A program made the translations under genes and the position numbers. This document shows positions 37,392-45,260 of a DNA stretch of 45,260 nucleotides, piece after piece. The notes under the pieces were generated by a model, which was not told where the DNA came from, did not search any database, and was given only the letters and a program-made list of their open reading frames with translations. Each line of letters starts with the position of its first letter. The stretch's first letter is position 1. This DNA comes from Welwitschia mirabilis (Eukaryota), in contig JBOZIK010000001.1 in assembly GCA_051453625.1 (NCBI GenBank), positions 27,988,154 to 28,033,413 on the forward strand. The letters run 5' to 3'.

Positions 37392-37491
37392 NNNNNNNNN
37401 NNNNNNNNNNNNNNNNNNNNNNNNNNNNNNNNNNNNNNNNNNNNNNNNNNNNNNNNNNNNNNNNNNNNNNNNNNNNNNNNNNNNNNNNNNN

Positions 37492-40400
37492 TATATTCTA
37501 TACTAATGGAAAAAAGAAGTTTCTTAAAAATTTGATTAATAAAATGAGTATCCTGATCACTAATGATAGCTCTAGAAAATCAAATCTTTAAAAGATATGA
37601 GTTCTAAGAAAATGATAAACAGTTCAAACATCATTTAAAAATGTAGATATGCCTTTAACCATTTAATCACATAGTTCACAACCACTAAAATGTAATTTTT
37701 ATTAGAAGAACATGGAGGAATAGGGCCTATGAAATTAATGCCCTAATAATCAAAAGGCTCATACTCAAGAATAGGTCTAAGGGGCATTTTTTGTGAATGA
37801 ATAAGACTACTATAATACTGATAAGGATCACACCTTCTAATAAAATCAAAAAAATAACAAACAAAAGAAGGCCAATAAAAACCAGAATGGAGGATTTTCA
37901 TCACATTTTTATATTCATTAAAATGTTCTTCACAAACATCACCATGATAACGATGATGAATCTTAGGTATCTCCTAATTAGGCATACATTTTCACATGAT
38001 TTGGTCTTTACACCTATGATATAAATGTGGCTTGATCCACTTATAATCACCTATCCTATGAAGAAAAGATTTGTATTAGTTATAGGTCCAGTGTTATGGT
38101 GTTTTTGTGGTAATAAGATAGTTAACAATGTCGGCATATCATGGAGAAGGATGAAAAGAAGAAATAGTGAAAAGTTACCCATTAGGAAATGAATAATTAA
38201 TAATAGAATCATCTAGAGGAGAAGAAAGTCAGGATAAGTAATCAACAACAGAATTATGCTTCCTTAGTTTATCTATGATGGTCAAGTTAAACTCTTGTAT
38301 AAAAAGGATTCATCTAATAAAATGTGCACTAGAATCTTTCTTAGTCATGAGGTAACGAATGGTAGCATGGTTAGTGTAAACATTAGTATAAAAGCCTAAA
38401 AATAATGTCTAAGAAAATCAAGATAAAATATAATGGCTAGCATCTCTTTCTCTATAGTGGTATAGTTCATTTGAGCTCTAGACAGATATTTTCTATGATA
38501 AGATATAACTTTAAAATCATTGTTATATTTTTGACAAAGAACCCCACCCATGGCAACATTATTTACATCACACATAAGCTCAAAATTAAGTTATTGATTG
38601 GGTCCTATTAATATAGGAGCATAATATAATTAAAGTTTAAGCCTATTAAAAGCAAGTTTATAAGATTTGTTCCATTTGAATTTGACTTCATTCTTTGGTA
38701 ATGAGTAAAGGAGTTTACAGATATTAGTATAATCATAAATAAACTGATTCTTAAAATCACAATGATCAAGAAAATATTGAACCTATTTAACATTTATAAT
38801 GGGACTTAGGTTTTGAATGATATCAACTTTAAAAGTGTTCATCCTAATTCCCTATTTTAAGACATGGTGACATAAAATAATGCCACTTTCTACAAGAAAA
38901 AGAGTGTTTTCCCAACTTAAGTAGAAACCACTAGAAATGTAACAGTTTAAGACTTTCTCTGATCAATCTAAGATTTGTTTAAAGGCTCTAGCATAAATAT
39001 AGAATTAATCCATAAAAATATCAATAAAATCATCAAGTATATCAGAAAAGATATCCATCATATCATGCTAAAAAGTGCTGAGAGCATTACAAAGTCTGAA
39101 AGGCCCACATCTAAAAGTAAAAGTACTAAAAGGAGAAGTAAAAGTGGTTTTGGCTTGGTCCACACTAGAAATGAAAACCTAGTTATAACCACTATAATTG
39201 TCAAGAAAATAATAAAAAGCATGACCTTGAATCCTATCAAAAATGTAATTAAGAAAAGGAAAAGGATTATTATCTTTTTAGTTACTTTGTTTAGTTTTCA
39301 AAGGTCTATGCATGTTATCTATTTCCCATCCTTTTTTGGAACTACTATTAAGGGGCTAACCCACTCACTATTAGTAATAGAATAAATGACTTTAGCATCT
39401 ATTAATTTAATGATTTCATCTTTTATAATTTGTTTAAGGGCTAGATTTAGTCTACATTAGGGTTATCTCATAGGTTTAGCATTTTCTTTAAAGTAGGCTT
39501 TATGTTGAACTTTAAAAATAGGTATGGCTGTCAAATCATTATGAAACTAATCAAATACATTTACCTTAGATTGTAGAAGAAAGATTAGACTCAATTATTA
39601 TTAGGGAGTAAGGTTTTTATTGATGATAAAGTATTTATTCAAGTTACTATTTAGAAAAAATGTATTCTAGTTCATTATCTAGAGGTTTCTATATAGAAAT
39701 CTCTATATGAAAGTAAAGGATACTTATCCTAATGTTCAACTTCTAAAACTATTACATCAATGGAGTAGAAAGATTATTCTATCTAAATAACCAAGTCCTT
39801 AATCATACCTAATGGTTTTTTTAGAGAAGTATTAACTAACTCTAAGATAATCTTTATAGGTTCTACTTTTTCTTCTAAACTAATTCTTTGATAAATGTGA
39901 AAGCACATGATGTTGGCACTAGCTTCAATATCTATCAAGGCTTTCTTACTCATAGTTTCACCCTTGGATCTTTAAACGTTAGACATTTTTGGTAAACCAA
40001 ATTATTAACAGATTGATCTAGAAAGACTTTACTAGGGATGATTCATTTTTATTTTCTTCTTATTAAGTCTTTACATGGATTAGAATACCTTGGGTTTTCT
40101 TGAAAAATTTTCCAAAATGGTAACTTAATGCTCACACTTTGCATTAAGCGTTTTATATGTTTATTAAAAATAGGGTTTCTATTAAGCCTATTAAGCCATG
40201 GAATAGCAAGTTTCTTATGTGAACGGACTTTCTTTTAGTTGCTTAATGAAGAAGGAAATGAATGGTTCTCTAAGATTTCTTTCTTCTATTCCTTATCATT
40301 CTTGTTACTTTATGATGTTGAAAACTTATGGGTAAGAGGAGTTATATCATTTTTACTTCTTGTCACTACCTTATAATTTTTGCTAACTTTATTTAAATTT

Positions 40401-41950
40401 GGTAAAGGTTGAATGGTAAGAGACCCTTATGGTCTTTCTTTAGTAAGCATAGATTATTATAAGATGCTTACAAGGTTTTCTATGTTGATGTTTGTCATTT
40501 TAATGTTTAAGTTAATCTTTTCTTGTGATTTTCTCAACTCTTTAATGGAAGTCCTAAGAGGATAACTATGGTTTTGGGGGTTAAATGAGCTTGCCAAGTT
40601 GTTTAAGTTGTCAGATTTAAAGTTTGAGTTCTAAAATCTATTCTTGAAAGGTTGAATGTTAGGATGATTTGATTGAAAATTTATAGAGTTGAGTTGTTCA
40701 CTCATCTTAGGTTGAAAGTTGTTATGACTTTGGACTTATCTTTGATTTTGATTTTGCTTGTACTTTGAAGATATCTAGTTAAAAGAATAAACTTACTTAT
40801 AAATTCTCTCTTTGTAAGTTAGAAGAAAAGGACATTCTTTGGTAACATGATAACTATCTTTACACAAATCATAGGTTGGAATTACAGCTTCACCCTTCTC
40901 GGTTACCACCTTGGCATTAAGAATCATTTGGGTGTAATTTTCTAAGGTATAGATGAAATCCTTTATGAAATTGATTATTTAATTTTTGATTCTTATTTAA
41001 TTTTTCTCATGTTTTACCACCTTTAGATCTTTAATGATTTGTCCTATAATTTGGTTTTCTTTAGGTGATGGTTTAGGCCATGTTTGACTCACTTCTATCA
41101 AGTCTTCCAGTACTTTTCAAGCATCATCTAAGGTTTAGTTTAATAAGTTGCTTACACATAAAAAGTTTACAAGTTGCTTTGTGTGATTGCTTAATCCATT
41201 GTAAAAATAGTAATGAGTTTTACTTGTAGAAAGGCATCTACAGGGTTCAAATGTAAAGCAACAAAGAATCTCTCATAGGTGTAATCATAATATTCATTAG
41301 GAATTTATTAAGTTGGTGACTTCTTTCTTACATTTTCATATGGTGGTTTCACTCATAAATCTCTTAATAAAGGCTTCCTGAACTTAACTCTAAGATTTTA
41401 AGCTTTTGTAAAAAATCATTCTAAGCCATTAATTTGCTTTATCTTTTAAAGTAATGGGGAAGATGACCATGTAGGTTCTATCAATTATTTATTTTTTACC
41501 ATTTCCAAAATTGAGGACTAACTGTTCTATGTCAATAATGTGTTACAAAAGATCTTTACTAGATTTACCACTAAAGGTAGGATATGTATTTAGATTATGA
41601 AGTTCAACATCATCACCGATAGGTAAGTCAAAAGGGTTTGGATATTCCATTTCTTATTTGCTATGAGATATCTAAGAGTAGCATGGACATTGATATGAGC
41701 AAAGTAGTTATAGGGGTACCAATAATAAGGGATAAATTTGATGAGATAGTTTTCTTTTACTTTTGGGTTAATGTAGACATGCTACCAAAATCAGACTCTA
41801 TAGAAATAAAAGTAGAAATTGTAGGAAATTCTAATGTAACTTTATTATTTTTACCTATGTTAGTTTCCAAATCTATTAAACCTTATCTGATATTTTTAGT
41901 AATAAACAACCACTCTATCTCACATTTTTATTTCTTACGAGATCTTAACA
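37492..41950 (-). pseudogene. pol: Athila-like gag-protease-RT-RNase H-integrase pseudogene
   Basis: gag IFPITLKDKAN*WL...VQEAFIKRF...YFYNGLS (~41190-41470); protease KALIDIEASANIM (~39907-39947); RT EWVSPLIVVPKKDGK*ITCID...SGYN...DQAKTTF...IFMD*F (~39000-39365); RNase H and integrase colinear with 33170-34300. Confidence 0.95.
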
Positions 41951-42409
41951 TACATGATTAGTCTCAGATGCATAGAGTATTATCCTTGCAGTTGTCTGGA
42001 TGATATCTTAGATAATAGAAAACATAGAAAATACAAAAAGGATAAAACAAAAAATAGAAATGAAAGACTTACATTGATTAAAAAACTTTGAAAGCAGGCT
42101 ATCATCCTTCTGAGTCATCTATATGATAAATGGGAGGATAGGAAAAATCCAAAAAATTTATGATAGAAAACTAAAATAGAAAACTCATAGCATAAGGTCA
42201 TTGTCATTGCATGTCATCTAGATGATGAAGCAAACGATTGATTTTTTAGTACAAAATAGAAAAAAAAGACCTTTATTCTAAAAATAAAAAACTAACATAG
42301 TAAAAAGGGAAAACCCATGCTACTACAGATAATTATATACCACTACTGCAGTAAGCATCCAAACTGAAATACTCACCAAAGTAATAATAACTTTTGAACT
42401 TCAAGTAGC

Positions 42410-42432
42410 CTTTCCTGATAATGGAACCAAGA
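42410..42432 (-). promoter_or_regulatory. Degenerate Athila-type PBS
   Basis: Minus strand tcTTGGTTCCATTATCAGGAAAGGCTA follows the LTR end CAACA and aligns with TTTGGCGCCATTGCCAGGGAAGGCTA at 35918. Confidence 0.75.
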
Positions 42433-43515
42433 TGTTGTAGTGCATATTTATGCAATATTTTTATAGTAAGTAGAATCTTGTTAATCACAACTAATAATGC
42501 ACAAACATAACATACTAATATAGACAAGAATAACTCGAATTGCCATAATACATTGAAGGCCAAAGTAAGAAATAAGAGAGTTGCTTTCCATAAAGAAATA
42601 CTTGTACTCTAGTTTACAAAAATCACTCACAATGCATTAAAATATAATATAACACACTCATGAAAATACAAAATAAGAAAAGAAAACTAACCTAACATAA
42701 CCAAGTAGAACCTTATCAAAGGTTGTCCTAATAACCTATATCACTAAAGAAACTCTCTCTAAATAAGAATTAACATAAGCTCTGAGGGTGAGAAACAATT
42801 ACACATTTAAAGCATAAAAGAAAATGTTTTTATATTAAATTTTAAACAACATTCATGTTTCAAAGTTAACCCACCTCAATAAAGGAAATGCCACCTAATG
42901 CCAAGAAAACATCTCTTTGGAGCTATAGGATGGATCTCTCATCCTTCGATTTTCTATCACGAGAATTTCAATTGAAAATGAAGATAAATAAGAGTTGAGG
43001 GTTAGTTTTTTATTTATTAACTCAAATACACAATAATAAAAACAAAATGACATCAGTAAACTATAATGGCTATGCAAGGGAAAAATAGAAAATACAAGTG
43101 GTAGAAGTTTGATGAATGTTTAGTATAGACATTACAACATTATTTTTCGCTTGATCATCTAAACCATAGAGGAGATGATGTTATCTCATAATTAATCCAC
43201 ATCAGCTACCAAAGAGACTATAGTCAGCATCCAGTTAGCATGGTCATCTGTATAATCATTCGATGATTAAGTGGATAATAGCCTTTGATAATTATTTAAT
43301 TAATACATCAGCCATGATGTTTGTAAGAATTTATCTTCAAAAATGTAAACTATTTAGATTTGTTTAAGATGTTGTAGATTATCACAAAGATTACGTTTTT
43401 TCATCCTTTTCATCTCAGCACTCCATTATCATTAAAATAAAGAATTCACCTATCTATTCACCTACAAAACTACTTGAAATATCCTATCAAATATGTATAA
43501 GTTTGTAGTGAAACA
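42433..43515 (-). mobile_element. Athila-like 5' LTR (block B)
   Basis: Plus-strand termini TGTTG (42433)...AAACA (43515). Colinear with 27443-28533; PBS and gag lie downstream on the minus strand. Confidence 0.92.
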
Positions 43516-44899
43516 TCTACAAAGGGAAACGTTCAAAGAGTTATCATAACATTCTTTTCCCTTATTTAAGATGTTAAGATATTTTGGAAAGTAGCTGCAA
43601 AAAAACTCTATAAGTGTGGTACTCTACATTTGCTAAGTAAAGTTTTATTAAATAATATGAAATCATATCCAAATAACTCATCATAAATATGTATTATAAA
43701 AGCTAAAAAAATGATCCTTTTGAATTTAAAATTTTTTCTTAATATCTTAACTTCCCAACCCTACCCCACCCTTCTCCCACCTCTCCTCCCCCCGATACAA
43801 GTGAAAAAATATGTCCTAAATTGCAATAGAGTGAAAAGGATAATTATCATCCTATCTATCAGGGGATGATAGACATGAAATGACATTGATCAAATGAGAT
43901 GTTTGGAAAGATTAAAAAAATTAGAAAAAGTCTGAAAGTAGGCAAGTAGTAGAAAAGTAGCAAAGAAATTAGGGAGAAGGTAAAAAGTGAATAATTATCT
44001 TTAAAAAACATAATCATGATGAAAAGATACTTACAGAAAAAGGGTGTTAAAAAGAAAAGAATGCACTAAGTAGAAGCAAGTAATGCTTAGAAGAAATTCT
44101 CAAATATGCTTAAACTTAGTAATCATGGAAAAGTAAGAAATAACTCAAAAGTATCATTGTCTCTTATTAAAAAGAGAAACAAGCATCATCATGGATAGAA
44201 ACTATGAGTAAAATCAACCAAAAACTACTAAATAATCAAATCCACAATATTATATTGAAAAATTATGGAACTGACTTTGAAAAACCCAATAATATGGCTA
44301 AAGAAAAATAAAATGAAAATAGATAACTNNNNNNNNNNAGATTGTTTACTTACTTTAAATTCTAACTTAACAAATTCCTTTGGTAAAAATCATAAAATCA
44401 CTTAATAAAAAATGCATAACGGTATGCTAAAATTCATAAAGTACTATTCAAATAGGTAATGATTATGATCATGTTAAGTATTTCTAATGTTATCAAGTAA
44501 TAAATGATAAGATAATAAGCTGTAGAAACATAAATTCACTAGCTCACTTATCAAAATAACTCTAGGATTTAAAAAAGTATAATGATCATGTGGAAGCACT
44601 ATATGTAAAAGGAGTTTAAAAAGCAAACAACACCTCTGATGATACTATGGACATCACTAATCTCGTAGCCTCTAAGTAAAATTTTATTTGCCATGATGAG
44701 AGAGTGCAACCACTATCATAGGAGTAAAGAACCACATAATGTAACCAACTAACCCCCTAGTGAAGTTTTCATAGCTACCATATCACATTGCCAAAGGCTC
44801 CTTTTACAAAAATTTGCCTCAATGTATTTGTAGTAGATATCATAGTGACCATGGTTTTAGCTCAGATATAAAAGATCATGATATTTATTTCTTTCTTTT

Positions 44900-44960
<61 letters not shown>

Positions 44961-45260
44961 TCCCTCCCTCGCTCCCTCTCTCTCTTTCTTTAACTAAGAA
45001 GTTTCTAGATGACTAATTGTTCATAAGGATAAAAGTGAAGTAATGAGATGAGAAACAAGTAAGAACATAAAAACACAACTAATTACTCATACCATTGAGA
45101 GATAATAAAAGAAACAAGGCATCTTCTTTCTAAATGATGTTGATAAATACATGAATTCCTTAAGATTGGGTGAATCCAATCTTATCATTTTAAAATTTTC
45201 AAGTAAAAGATTACTAATCATGGTGACTTTATAACATAATACATAGTTCAAGTTAAAGAT
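43516..45260 (-). mobile_element. Athila-like 3' non-coding region, probable continuation of element A
   Basis: Matches element D 15600-16500 (aaataatatgaaa.cata; actactaaa...gactttgaaa) and also 23150-23910 and 31570-32420. Confidence 0.75.
44905..44955 (+). repeat. (TC)n microsatellite, about 25 units
   Basis: Directly visible, followed by (TCCC)n. Confidence 0.97.

Noticed and set aside
38975..39385. Plus-strand ORFs of 72-136 aa (also 33456-33692, 37797-38024, 41638-41961, 25117-25371, 2446-2664) as possible antisense genes
   Set aside because: They are shadows on the opposite strand of retrotransposon gag/pol, with no independent protein motifs. Similarity between 33456 and 37797 simply reflects the duplicated integrase.
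1..45260. Fungal RIP as the cause of AT richness
   Set aside because: The elements belong to plant lineages (Athila-type PBS, Tekay, CRM-like), and the reconstructable changes centre on CpG in both directions, which fits 5mC deamination.
1..45260. Excess of minus-strand elements
   Set aside because: There are too few independent insertions (the copia array counts once) and three plus-strand elements exist, so this cannot be distinguished from chance.

Overview
Very AT-rich, CpG-depleted plant heterochromatin from a scaffold with seven N gaps. It consists almost entirely of old, nested, pseudogenised LTR retrotransposons; I found no intact host gene, RNA gene or intact TE ORF. From left to right: (1) the 3' part of an Athila-like LTR (1-464); (2) a head-to-tail array of three Ty1/copia internal regions on the minus strand, two of which share one LTR flanked by both a PPT and a PBS (465-9844); (3) a CRM-type Ty3/gypsy pol remnant (~11150-13750); (4) an Athila-like 3' LTR with its 3' region (13765-16515); (5) a Tekay/Del chromovirus integrase-chromodomain remnant (~18190-18985); and (6) a multi-level nest of Athila-like (OTA non-chromovirus) elements (~23000-45260) with gag, protease, RT, RNase H, integrase, an accessory env-like ORF, PBS, PPT and four further LTRs. 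All protein calls come from my by-eye translation across stops and frameshifts and recall of family motifs, not from database searches. Boundaries are approximate unless a terminal motif is quoted. I see no convincing new biological system; the notable points are structural and evolutionary.
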